Of a stretch of 64,000 bases of DNA, positions 17,639 through 26,815 are shown one piece after another. Position 1 is the stretch's first letter; the number at the start of each line of letters is the position of its first letter. The translations under genes and the position numbers were made by a program. A model generated the notes under the pieces. It had not been told where the DNA came from. It worked only from the letters and a program-made list of their open reading frames with translations, and searched no databases. Location of the stretch: positions 64,001 through 128,000 of IMG/VR virus record IMGVR_UViG_3300031566_000001; one strand, 5' to 3'. This DNA is from a virus.

Positions 17639-18712
17639 ATGCCGGTAAGGGGTGGCGCGGGCCTTCTAGCGGCCTTGCTGGAGACGGGGCAGATAACGCC
17701 CTACAGCTTCTTCGATGATGGGAGCTACGAGGCGGGCGTAGCCAAAGCCTATACCGTCAACGCCCTGGCGGGCAACACCGATATTGAGGTCGCCCACTAC
17801 GCGGCGGGTACGCTCAGCTTCACCGCGCCCGGCACCATAGCGGATGCTGCAAATGGGCTGGCGGGCTGGGCGGTGAATGACCGCATGGTCATCAAGGGTA
17901 GTGGCTCCAACGACGGTGAGGTTACAGTCACGGGCATCGGTGGAGCACCGGCGAACCTGACCATCTCTGCGGCGGTGAATGAGCTGGCAGGGGCCATGAC
18001 CTCATTGTATAAGGTGGCTGCGCACTCAAACAACGTCGTCACGGACACCAACACGGGGTTAATGTGGAGCCGCAACACCTCCACAGGTGAGGCCGTAGGG
18101 CCGATGAGCAACGGTCTATTGAACTGGTACAACGTGGCGACGGACTGTGCAATCTATGCTGGGGTTAACACCGTGAGTGTGATAATGCCCGGCAATATCT
18201 TCCGCGTCATCGGAGGGGCCGCCTTGACCCAATTTCATATCGGGGACTGCATCATGGCGGCGGGGTTCGTCAACGGGGTCAACAATCTCCCCAATGCCTA
18301 TGTGGTGAGCGCCACACCTAATGGTGCCGATTTGGACATCGTTGTGGACCCCGGCAATCAGGTCTTGATAGCTGAGGGCGCAGTAGGCGACTGGATTTAT
18401 CTCAATTGCCAGTCCATCTTCAACTATGCGGCGGGGGCACGGCTGGGGAGCGTGGGCACGTACACGGATTGGCGAGTGCCAAATCGGGTCGAGATTATGG
18501 GCCTTGTTGGAATGGAAGCAGGGGCAGTATTGCCTGATGTACTCGCATTCCCTGGCTGGCCCGCAGCGCCTATTTGGCAGTCAACCACCTGCCCAGGACA
18601 GATACTAGCCGCCTGGAGAATCGATTTGGCGGCGGGCATTAACCAAGGGCAAGCGTTAAGGATAGCCAAGGCTGCGAATGGTATCACTGCCCTTGTGAGG
18701 CTAGGAACATGA
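17639..18712 (+). CDS. DUF1566/Lcl C-type-lectin-fold protein (putative adhesin/fibre)
   Basis: VTDTNTGLMWSR, YTDWRVPNRVEIMGL, IWQSTT and terminal LVR motifs of DUF1566. Confidence 0.75.
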   Translation: MPVRGGAGLLAALLETGQITPYSFFDDGSYEAGVAKAYTVNALAGNTDIEVAHYAAGTLSFTAPGTIADAANGLAGWAVNDRMVIKGSGSNDGEVTVTGIGGAPANLTISAAVNELAGAMTSLYKVAAHSNNVVTDTNTGLMWSRNTSTGEAVGPMSNGLLNWYNVATDCAIYAGVNTVSVIMPGNIFRVIGGAALTQFHIGDCIMAAGFVNGVNNLPNAYVVSATPNGADLDIVVDPGNQVLIAEGAVGDWIYLNCQSIFNYAAGARLGSVGTYTDWRVPNRVEIMGLVGMEAGAVLPDVLAFPGWPAAPIWQSTTCPGQILAAWRIDLAAGINQGQALRIAKAANGITALVRLGT

Positions 18713-19266
18713 TAGACCTGCAATCTAAGACGCTGGACGAACTCAGGGCGATGGACAAAGAGGACATCATCAAGGCCATCTTCGAGGGCGAGACTTACAG
18801 CGACCCTCATTTGGTCAAGGACCAGTTTGGCAACAACGTGGAGCTGGTTGATGAGATTCGCCAGAAGTACGACGGCAACCTGGTGGGGCGGCGCGTTGTC
18901 AGGTGGACCTATCACGACGCTAAAGAGGGCATTGTCAACGAAATCATCACTGAGGACGGCAAGGTGAGGGATATGGTCACCCACCCGCTAGACGGCAGGC
19001 AGCCTACGCTCAGGAGGGTGCCCATTGCGGAGCCGGTGCCGCTGGAGGAGCTGGGCGGCATGGGCGGCGCGGCTGTTGTGCCGGAACCAGTGCTGCCGGA
19101 GCCGGAGCCGCTTATCTTGCCGGTGCCCCTTCGAGCTGTAGAGGTCACACCGGAGCCGGTTATCACTGAAGAGCCAGCTATCATCGAGGCACCGCTGACC
19201 AAGTGGCAGCGGTTCAAGAAGCGGGCGGAGCGCATCATCTTCCTGCTACCGGACGACGTAGTATAA
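18709..19266 (+). CDS. Hypothetical protein with Pro/Glu-rich linker
   Basis: ATGA overlap with the upstream gene. Confidence 0.6.
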   Translation: MIDLQSKTLDELRAMDKEDIIKAIFEGETYSDPHLVKDQFGNNVELVDEIRQKYDGNLVGRRVVRWTYHDAKEGIVNEIITEDGKVRDMVTHPLDGRQPTLRRVPIAEPVPLEELGGMGGAAVVPEPVLPEPEPLILPVPLRAVEVTPEPVITEEPAIIEAPLTKWQRFKKRAERIIFLLPDDVV

Positions 19267-19275
19267 GGGGAAGGC

Positions 19276-21501
19276 ATGGCTAAGAAGAAGCGCAGACCGG
19301 AGCCGACCAAAGAAGAGGTCATCCTGGAAGAGGACGCTAAGGTCGCCAAGCCGCCTGCAGACATTGCGGCTGCGGCCAGGGCCTCCGTGCAGGAAACGGC
19401 CCCGACGGGCTGGGGTGGTTCTCAGATATTCCTGTTCCAGATGGCGCTCAAGGCAGATGAGGCCCCCTTGTGGTGGACCGTGCAGCGTGACGCGTGGCTG
19501 CGTTCATTCTGGCAGACTGCACCTTTCTTACCGGGGGTCATTTACTCTATAGCGGCCCGCAATGCAGCCTTCCGATTTGAGTTCACTGGTCCGGAGGAGC
19601 AGGTTCAATATTCTAAGGACCTGTGTGCTCAGGCAGACCTTGGAGCGGGCTGGCAGTCGTTTGTGATGAAGCTCACGCAGGACTTGCTTACACAAGATAA
19701 TGGTGCATTTATCGAGGTCATTCGGCCTGCCAGGGTACGCACTAAGAAGGGATTACTCCAGGCGGTCAAGGCCCGCGGCTCAGATGGGGAGATGGAATGG
19801 TTCCAGGTGTACCGCAATCAGATAGAACCCATTGACCTGGAGGAGTACAAGGTTGAGGACTCGCCGGTGGACCAACCTCTGGGTATTGCACATCTGGATG
19901 CAGGACGGTGCCAGAGGACGGGGGATATTGATTATCCTGTAGTCTACACAGACCGCAAGAATCAGAAACACAAATTGGCCTGGTGGCAAGTTATCACTCT
20001 AGAGGACATGCCCAGCCCTCAAGAGGACATGAACAATGTGGGCTTCTGCGCGGTGTCTCGGATACTGAGGGCGGCGCAGATACTACGAGACGTTGCAATC
20101 TACAAGCAGGAGAAGGTTTCAGGGCGTTTTGCGGGTTCTGTGTGGGTGACTAATGTGGATGCAACTCGTGTCACGGATGCGGTGAAACAGGCCAAGGTGA
20201 ATGCGGACCAGTTGGGGTTGTCTCGATATATGCCGCCTATCATCGCCTCACTTTTGGATCCCCAGGCCGATCCCAAAGCCATAGAGATAGCCCTAGCTTC
20301 TTTGCCCGATGGCTTCGATGAAGAGGTTGCTCTGCGGTGGTACATTACGGAGCTGGCGCTGGGCACGGGCACGGATTACACCTACCTGGCCCCATTGCCG
20401 GGGCAGGGGCTGGGTACGGCTACTCAGGTAGAGACCATGGCCCGGCAGACCAAGGGCAAGAGTTCAAGAATATTTATGAACACGTTGGAGTTCAAGTTCC
20501 GGTATCATCGACTGCTGCCGGGTCAGGTAGACATGAACTTTGTGGAGGTAGATGCAGAGGAGCAGGAGACCAAGGATGCGGCAACGCAGCGCCGGGCTGA
20601 GACGAGAGCTATATGTATCCAGAGCGGGGAGATCACCCCGCAGGTGGCCCGTCAGATCGCAGTGGACCAGGGGGACCTGGAGCCGGACTACCTGGATATG
20701 ATGGAGGAAGAGGAAGTTACGTCAGAGGTCACGGAAGAGCCGGAGGAGTCACCCGGCGGGTTTGAGCCGGGGGATGTGACCGAAGAGCCAGAGGAGAAAG
20801 GGGTCTGGGCACGGCTCAAGGCCCTGGGGGATCGGCTGCAGCTCAGACGTCGGAACTCCGGCTACGAGGGCAAGGTCAACGCCTATGCTGAGAAGTTGAT
20901 AACAGCCTACGATGAGTGGGCGCAGAAGTGGGCCAAGCGCATCGCCGGGGCCTCCTTGATAGATCGGGATGTGTTTATCAGGGATGCGGCTAATGAGATA
21001 GATGACATCATGCAGGAGATCGCCCTCAAGGGTCTACCGGAGGCCTACGCGCTGGGCCTAGAAGAGGAGGAGCTGACTCAGGATGGTGCGCTGGCCGTAG
21101 AGGCGTATACGGACCGCAACCTGCGCTTCCTGGAGTTCAGCTTGAACCCTGACGTGCAGACCAAGCTCAAGGGGTTGGGCGATGAGGGGTTGAAGGATGC
21201 AGGGGCCGTGCTGGGTGTCCTGGGTACGTTCAGGGGCCGTGTAGCGACGTATGCGGGGCCGTACTGGGTAATGGTATGGAAGGGTACAGAAGAGCGTGCC
21301 AAGGCGCAGGGGCAGGCACAGGAGCGTGTGATACCCGTCACACGGCATCTGGACGACAGGGCTGAGCACTGTGATACCTGCCCGCCCAAGGCCGGGGCGT
21401 ACAAGTCCTGGGCGGAGATGATTGCAGAGTGCGGCGGGGTCCCGGCGGATTCTTCGGATTCATGTGGCTGTAATTGTCGCTGCTGGATCACGCTAGGATA
21501 G
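19276..21501 (+). CDS. Portal protein fused to a head morphogenesis (gpF/gp7-like) domain
   Basis: Position after TerL. DLLTQDNGAFIEVI and LGIAHLD portal-like motifs, an acidic linker, then C-terminal HCDTC...CGCNCRC. Confidence 0.75.
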   Translation: MAKKKRRPEPTKEEVILEEDAKVAKPPADIAAAARASVQETAPTGWGGSQIFLFQMALKADEAPLWWTVQRDAWLRSFWQTAPFLPGVIYSIAARNAAFRFEFTGPEEQVQYSKDLCAQADLGAGWQSFVMKLTQDLLTQDNGAFIEVIRPARVRTKKGLLQAVKARGSDGEMEWFQVYRNQIEPIDLEEYKVEDSPVDQPLGIAHLDAGRCQRTGDIDYPVVYTDRKNQKHKLAWWQVITLEDMPSPQEDMNNVGFCAVSRILRAAQILRDVAIYKQEKVSGRFAGSVWVTNVDATRVTDAVKQAKVNADQLGLSRYMPPIIASLLDPQADPKAIEIALASLPDGFDEEVALRWYITELALGTGTDYTYLAPLPGQGLGTATQVETMARQTKGKSSRIFMNTLEFKFRYHRLLPGQVDMNFVEVDAEEQETKDAATQRRAETRAICIQSGEITPQVARQIAVDQGDLEPDYLDMMEEEEVTSEVTEEPEESPGGFEPGDVTEEPEEKGVWARLKALGDRLQLRRRNSGYEGKVNAYAEKLITAYDEWAQKWAKRIAGASLIDRDVFIRDAANEIDDIMQEIALKGLPEAYALGLEEEELTQDGALAVEAYTDRNLRFLEFSLNPDVQTKLKGLGDEGLKDAGAVLGVLGTFRGRVATYAGPYWVMVWKGTEERAKAQGQAQERVIPVTRHLDDRAEHCDTCPPKAGAYKSWAEMIAECGGVPADSSDSCGCNCRCWITLG

Positions 21502-21514
21502 ATTGGAGGGCACA

Positions 21515-21952
21515 ATGGTTGCCGACAATTCTGAATCCGCTAAGGCCGAAGTTACTATCTATGCTTTCCATCATCCTGATTGGAAGCGTGATGAACCAGG
21601 TTCATGGATATATGTTGGTCACACTGCCCGTGAGCTACAAGAGAGACTCAGAGAACACTTAGAGGCTGCCGATAATGGTAGTACAAGTCCTTGGCCTATG
21701 ATTGATCACCTGCGTGAATTGCTGAATGAGGACAGGATGCCAGTAGGAGGTATTTTAGAAACCTGTCCGTATGAACTTCGGTATTCTGCGGAAGCCTACT
21801 GGATTTGTATACTCAAAACAGAGGGGCATAATGTTGTCAACGGTGGCGGCCGAGAAGTAATGATAGCTCTTGATTGGGCTATTCAGATTGCCACCGAATT
21901 TCAAGAAGCAGGAAATTCTTGGGCACATTATGCCCTTAGGAGATTACAATGA
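21515..21952 (+). CDS. GIY-YIG homing-endonuclease-like protein
   Basis: TIYAF...IYVGHT...RLREH...AEAYWI...NVVNGG; visibly AT-richer than its flanks. Confidence 0.7.
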   Translation: MVADNSESAKAEVTIYAFHHPDWKRDEPGSWIYVGHTARELQERLREHLEAADNGSTSPWPMIDHLRELLNEDRMPVGGILETCPYELRYSAEAYWICILKTEGHNVVNGGGREVMIALDWAIQIATEFQEAGNSWAHYALRRLQ

Positions 21953-22131
21953 CAAAGAGCATAGACATTCCCATAGCGAGCGTCACTAAGGACCTCACCG
22001 TCCAGGTGAACCTTACAGGCTTCCGCCAGTGGCACCTGCGGCTGCGTGTGGGTATGGTCCTGATGCGGCTCGCCATCTGGATATCAGGTATGGGATGCAA
22101 TGTGGAGGAACCGGTAAACGATGCCCCCTAG
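21949..22131 (+). CDS. Hypothetical protein
   Basis: ATGA overlap; SD AGGAG. Confidence 0.5.
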   Translation: MTKSIDIPIASVTKDLTVQVNLTGFRQWHLRLRVGMVLMRLAIWISGMGCNVEEPVNDAP

Positions 22132-22618
22132 AATCAGGCTTGAGCGCATCGGGTCTGATAAACCCATTGTGGATACCAAGAAGTTCGTCAGGGGCCTGGT
22201 GCGGGCCGTGGATGATACCGTGGCCATCGTGGAGAGCAACTTCAAGGCCACTACAAGAACCTGGAAGCACCAGGTCCGGTTCAAGCGCCGCAGAGCCACC
22301 AGGCGGGGTGATACCATCGAGGGTGACGTGACCACGAACGATGAGATATACGGTTACGTCTCAGGGGGTACACGGAGGCATTTCGTGCGGCCCCGTCGAG
22401 CTAAGGCACTGCGATTCAGGGGTGGCAAGTATGGAGCCAAGACACGCCCCAGGGTTTTGGGATCACGCAAGGGTGGTGGTCGGGGTGCGTTTGTGTTCTC
22501 TAAAGGGCATTGGGTGAAGGGCATCAAGGCTAGGGAGTTCCCGCAAGAGATCGCCAAGCGGCGCCAAAGGAACCTGCACAACTTCGTCATCAGGGCATAC
22601 GCGGAGGCCAGAGGGTGA
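22121..22618 (+). CDS. Basic neck/tail-completion protein (HK97 gp10-like)
   Basis: Arg-rich; YGYVSGGTRRH.V.P...KALRF...V.GIKAREF pattern. Confidence 0.6.
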   Translation: MPPRIRLERIGSDKPIVDTKKFVRGLVRAVDDTVAIVESNFKATTRTWKHQVRFKRRRATRRGDTIEGDVTTNDEIYGYVSGGTRRHFVRPRRAKALRFRGGKYGAKTRPRVLGSRKGGGRGAFVFSKGHWVKGIKAREFPQEIAKRRQRNLHNFVIRAYAEARG

Positions 22619-22764
22619 ACAGCAAAGACCGCAAGCTGCTGATGGAACAACGCAGGGCTTTGTTGCTACAGGTAGACGCTATTGAGCGCAGGGTGGGGAT
22701 TGCACCCACGACAGCAGACTTGCGTAAGCAAACGAAATGTGATAAGGTTGTTGTCAAACCATAA
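22615..22764 (+). CDS. Small hypothetical protein
   Basis: 49-aa ORF MNSKDRKLLMEQRRALLLQVDAIERRVGI..., GTGA overlap, SD GGAGG. Confidence 0.5.
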   Translation: MNSKDRKLLMEQRRALLLQVDAIERRVGIAPTTADLRKQTKCDKVVVKP

Positions 22765-22782
22765 GAAGGCTTCCCGAGAGGC

Positions 22783-22841
22783 ACGCCGTTCACCATGCGG
22801 TCACCGCGCAAGCGACCACCGCAGGAGGGCGGCGTTTCTTT
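22783..22841 (+). ncRNA. Extended hairpin leader (terminator or SD-sequestering) upstream of the protease gene
   Basis: Nested stems ACGCCGTTC/GGGCGGCGT, TGCGGT/ACCGCA and CGC-GCAA-GCG, then TTCTTT directly before the ATG. Confidence 0.5.
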
Positions 22842-25262
22842 ATGAGACCACCGGGATTGTACCTCAAACCACCACACGGGGAGCTGTCCTTCACCGGGGT
22901 CAAGACCGCGCTGGCCAAGGCCCGCGACTTCAGTTTTGAGGGGCCTTACACGCTGTGCTCAGGGCCGTTTGCCTATGGTGAGCTAGCGTTGTCCGAGCCG
23001 GAGGTGGTGGGCGTTGAGGAGTTCGATGCCCGGTTCAGCGAGCACAGGGTCTCAGTCAAAGAGCGCCGCAAGTGGTGGCCGGACTCAGAGCAATTGTACC
23101 TGTATGCCTACAACGGTTGGGTGCCCTATGAGTCACCGCAGCGGGTCGATGTACCTGCTCAGGTGCAGACATTGATGGGGCCGGTGGAGTTCGTAAAGGC
23201 CGAAGGAGGGGTGGACATGGGACAGGGAGTAACCATCAACTATCACTATAACACTGATGCGCCAGCGGAGTCGGGCGTTGTTAAAGACTTCAAGTTGCTG
23301 AAGGCCATGGCCGGGGATGGTGAGGCTATCAAGGCACTGACCGGGGACAACAGTGAAGAGACGAAGGTATGGAAGCCCTCGGATGCGCCATCGCACACAG
23401 AAGCGGCGGATACCCCGAAGAAGCGGAACCAGTGGGCCGGGGCGGCCAATGGAGCGCGGGAGACCTGCCTGGACAAGATAGACGGTACGCCCACAAAGGC
23501 ACAAGTCGATGCTTGTGAGGCCAGCGCCATCCGGATAGCCAACGCAGCGGTCAAGAGTGCGGAGATTCAGGATTCCCGTAGCGAGAAGGGTGAGTTGAGC
23601 CTGTCAGATATCCAGAGCATGATGTGGACGGCTTTGTCTCCTAGTGAAGATAGCAAGCCGTACGTTCAGGACATAGACATCTATGACAATTATGTCACGT
23701 ACAAGCTGGAGGGTATGGACTACCTACGCGTCTATACGATTGTGGATGGGAAGCTCCAGATGGGTGAGGCTACTGAGATTGAGTACGTGATACGGCCCAA
23801 AGTAGAGGTATTGGGCAAGGGTTACAAGGCGGAGCTGGTCCAGGAGTTCGATGCTTTGGAACTGGGCGACAAGTCCCTGGGTGATGATGAGAAGGCCGCT
23901 TTGACCTCTGCGCAGCGCAAGGCACTCCCCAACAGTTCCTTCGCCTGGATCGAGACCGGTGAGGGCTGTGAGAAGGTGGACGGCAAGACACCGGAGAAGT
24001 GCCGCCACCTCCCCTACAAGAAGGCGGACGGGAGCCTAGACTGTGCCAGGGTGCGCAATGCCAGGGCCAGAATACCGCAGATGAGCGGTGTGCCCCAGGC
24101 CGCTAAGGACAAGATCGAGGGAGCACAGAAGAAGTGCACCGAGGAGAAGAGTTTACCAGCGTCATTGAGAGCCCAGGCTAACAAGGCACTTGAGGGCATG
24201 GTGGGCCTGTGGAGGGCTGTGACCGGCGATGACAAGCTCTTAGAGGGTGAGACCGGGTTCAAGGCATTTAAGGGTACAGACGGCAAGACCTACATCCTCA
24301 CATGGACCACTAATGCCTTCATGGACCGGGATGGTGAGATATTCACCACCAAGTCCATCGAGGACTACGCGGACCGGGCCTGGCAGGAGATCAAGGCCAC
24401 GGGCAGCAAGGGGCAATATGACTGCTGGCACATACCCGGCAGTGAATTCGCTGACATCACGTGGGCCGGAGCAGAGGGCCGGTACCTGGTGGAGATGGGC
24501 ACCTTCCATGACGATGAGGTGGGGAAGGTGTTTGAGAAATTCTTCACGGAGTGCCCAGAGGCCCAGAAAGAGATTGCCCCTGACGGCTGGGGGGTCTCTC
24601 ATAAGTTCACTTTCAAGCCTGGGGACCGGGACGATGGGGTGTTTGACTGGTTTGACAAGAGCCGTACTTCGGTTCTGTCAATTCGCCGGGCTGCCAATCC
24701 GTACACAGCTATGGAGGTGCTTCAGATGAGTTTGGATGAAGAGCAAATCAACGTACTCAAGACGATTGGTGAGGCCGCGGACGTGGACTTGCTGGGCATG
24801 GTGCAGAAGGCCGGAGCCGCATCCAAGACCCTTGAGGAGGCCGGAGTGGCCCACAAGAGCGCCGATGAGAAGCCTGCGGGGGAGCAGGAGCCAACCAATG
24901 AAGATAGTGATGAGACCGCCGACGTGCCGGTCGATGATGTAGCGCAGCGCGTGGCCGAGATCATGGGTATGAAGGAGCTGAGCGTGTTGCTCCAGAAGTT
25001 TGATGGGCGCCTGACCGCTGTGGAGCAGGGTGACGAGGAACAGAAGAAGCGCCTGGCCGAAGTGGAGAAGGACGATACGGCTAGGTTGAGCGAGAAGCAA
25101 GCCTGGCGGCCAAATGTGGTGTGGCTCCGTCCCTCCACGGCTGACGGCACTCTCCTTGACGAGAGCAAGGATTTAGCCGACAAGAAGCCGATGACTCCCA
25201 AGGCCATTGATCACGTCTCTGATGTGGTATTGGGAAGACCGGCACCGGGAGGTAAGACATAA
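22842..25262 (+). CDS. Multidomain prohead protease/scaffold protein
   Basis: Directly upstream of the capsid gene. Has a WTTNAFMDRDGEIF protease-like motif, a coiled-coil C-terminus, and internal SD+ATG at 23217 and 24726. Confidence 0.7.
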   Translation: MRPPGLYLKPPHGELSFTGVKTALAKARDFSFEGPYTLCSGPFAYGELALSEPEVVGVEEFDARFSEHRVSVKERRKWWPDSEQLYLYAYNGWVPYESPQRVDVPAQVQTLMGPVEFVKAEGGVDMGQGVTINYHYNTDAPAESGVVKDFKLLKAMAGDGEAIKALTGDNSEETKVWKPSDAPSHTEAADTPKKRNQWAGAANGARETCLDKIDGTPTKAQVDACEASAIRIANAAVKSAEIQDSRSEKGELSLSDIQSMMWTALSPSEDSKPYVQDIDIYDNYVTYKLEGMDYLRVYTIVDGKLQMGEATEIEYVIRPKVEVLGKGYKAELVQEFDALELGDKSLGDDEKAALTSAQRKALPNSSFAWIETGEGCEKVDGKTPEKCRHLPYKKADGSLDCARVRNARARIPQMSGVPQAAKDKIEGAQKKCTEEKSLPASLRAQANKALEGMVGLWRAVTGDDKLLEGETGFKAFKGTDGKTYILTWTTNAFMDRDGEIFTTKSIEDYADRAWQEIKATGSKGQYDCWHIPGSEFADITWAGAEGRYLVEMGTFHDDEVGKVFEKFFTECPEAQKEIAPDGWGVSHKFTFKPGDRDDGVFDWFDKSRTSVLSIRRAANPYTAMEVLQMSLDEEQINVLKTIGEAADVDLLGMVQKAGAASKTLEEAGVAHKSADEKPAGEQEPTNEDSDETADVPVDDVAQRVAEIMGMKELSVLLQKFDGRLTAVEQGDEEQKKRLAEVEKDDTARLSEKQAWRPNVVWLRPSTADGTLLDESKDLADKKPMTPKAIDHVSDVVLGRPAPGGKT

Positions 25263-26761
25263 TGCCACCGCAACTGAATCAGGATCAAATGGTAACCCTG
25301 GGGCAGGCCATCGCTCAGGGGATGATGAAGGCTGGCCTGGTGCAAGGCCAGAAGTACGCTACAGGGACGCCGACGACCAACTGGATTCATGGCCCTGGTG
25401 GGATCCTCGGTTCGTCAGCCCTGGACCAGCAGATCATCTCTGGGCGCATCACGCCTATGGGCCTCAGCTCAGTGCTCCCGATCAACATGAGCCGGGACAC
25501 GAATCCCGAGTTTGGGTATCTCACGGGCATGACGCCCAGTGGTGAGGCAGAGCCGAGCGGCCCTTGCGCGGACTGCCCAAGCGGCCTCTCTCAGTCGTGC
25601 ATCCAGACCACGCAGTTTGGGCGCGTCTGCCGTGAGACCAAGGAGATGGATATCGACCGGACCATCGAGCGCATCAACCGTGGCGAGATCGACTACCAGC
25701 TCCTCAATGACATCCTGGGCATCGAGCCCGCAGACGTCTTCCGGGCCATCAACCAGCCGGACTACCGGACCGTGCTCAACGTAGCAACGGCCTGGGGTAT
25801 GGTGGAAGTGGGGATGATGTTCCAGGAGGCGCTAACGCCCATGACCTTCCAGGGGAACCCTGTGAACAACACCGCCGGGGGCGGGTACAAGGAGTTTGCG
25901 GGGCTGGACCTGCTCATCAGCACCAACTACGTTGATGCTCACACAGGCGCCAACTGCGGTGCCTTGGACGCCGATGTCAAGACGTTCAACTGGGCGGACG
26001 TGAACTCTGTGGACGCCAATGGCAACTTCGCCATCGTGTCTCAACTGTCCTGGATGGAGGAGTACGTTCACCGCAATGCCAGGCGCATGAAGCTCATGCC
26101 TGCCAGCTGGACGTGGGTGATGCGTGAGGAGCTGTGGTATATGCTCACGGAGATCTGGCCCACCGCCTATTACACCAGCCGGGGCCTGACCGCAGTGCCC
26201 CCTGGTGTCTCTGTGAACGTGGACGGTGTGGACCTGACTCAGCTCCGGGACAACATGCGTGCCGGGATGTTTTTGGACATCAACGGGCGCAGGCACCCCG
26301 TCGTGATAGACGATGGGATAGTGGAGTACAACGAGGAAACCGGCCAGGGCAACCTTGTGGCCGGGGACTTCGCCAGCACGATTTACCTAGTGCCCATCAC
26401 CGTCAGGGGAGGCACGCAGGCCACCTTCTACGAGACGAAGGACTACCGGTTTACGGCGGCGGAGATGGCCGCCAGTCCGGGGGGCATGCTGCAAGACCAG
26501 TTCTGGACGGACGATGGACGGTTCCTGTGGACGCTTGACCGCCAGCTGTGGTGCTACATCCTGGCGGGCAAGATTGAGCCGCGGATCCTCCTGCGGACTC
26601 CCATGCTGTCGGGCAAGCTGGAATACATCAAGTACACGCCCGTACAGCACTTCAGGGACTACGCATCGACGAGCGACTACTTCGTGAAGGGTGGAGTTCC
26701 CTCCAGGCCAGCCCCGAGTTTCTGGGGCACCTGGAACCTGCCTGCAACCTATAGCCGCTAA
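25262..26761 (+). CDS. Major capsid protein
   Basis: 499 aa, follows the scaffold, strongly biased codon usage, EFAGLDLLI motif, followed by a hairpin. Confidence 0.75.
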   Translation: MPPQLNQDQMVTLGQAIAQGMMKAGLVQGQKYATGTPTTNWIHGPGGILGSSALDQQIISGRITPMGLSSVLPINMSRDTNPEFGYLTGMTPSGEAEPSGPCADCPSGLSQSCIQTTQFGRVCRETKEMDIDRTIERINRGEIDYQLLNDILGIEPADVFRAINQPDYRTVLNVATAWGMVEVGMMFQEALTPMTFQGNPVNNTAGGGYKEFAGLDLLISTNYVDAHTGANCGALDADVKTFNWADVNSVDANGNFAIVSQLSWMEEYVHRNARRMKLMPASWTWVMREELWYMLTEIWPTAYYTSRGLTAVPPGVSVNVDGVDLTQLRDNMRAGMFLDINGRRHPVVIDDGIVEYNEETGQGNLVAGDFASTIYLVPITVRGGTQATFYETKDYRFTAAEMAASPGGMLQDQFWTDDGRFLWTLDRQLWCYILAGKIEPRILLRTPMLSGKLEYIKYTPVQHFRDYASTSDYFVKGGVPSRPAPSFWGTWNLPATYSR

Positions 26762-26773
26762 CGGTGACAAACA

Positions 26774-26796
26774 TGGGGGCGGTTCTTCCGCCCCCA
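26774..26796 (+). terminator. Hairpin after the capsid gene (stabiliser or partial terminator)
   Basis: TGGGGGCGG-TTCTT-CCGCCCCCA with no U tract. Confidence 0.5.
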
Positions 26797-26815
26797 CATA
26801 CCCATAGGAGATAGA

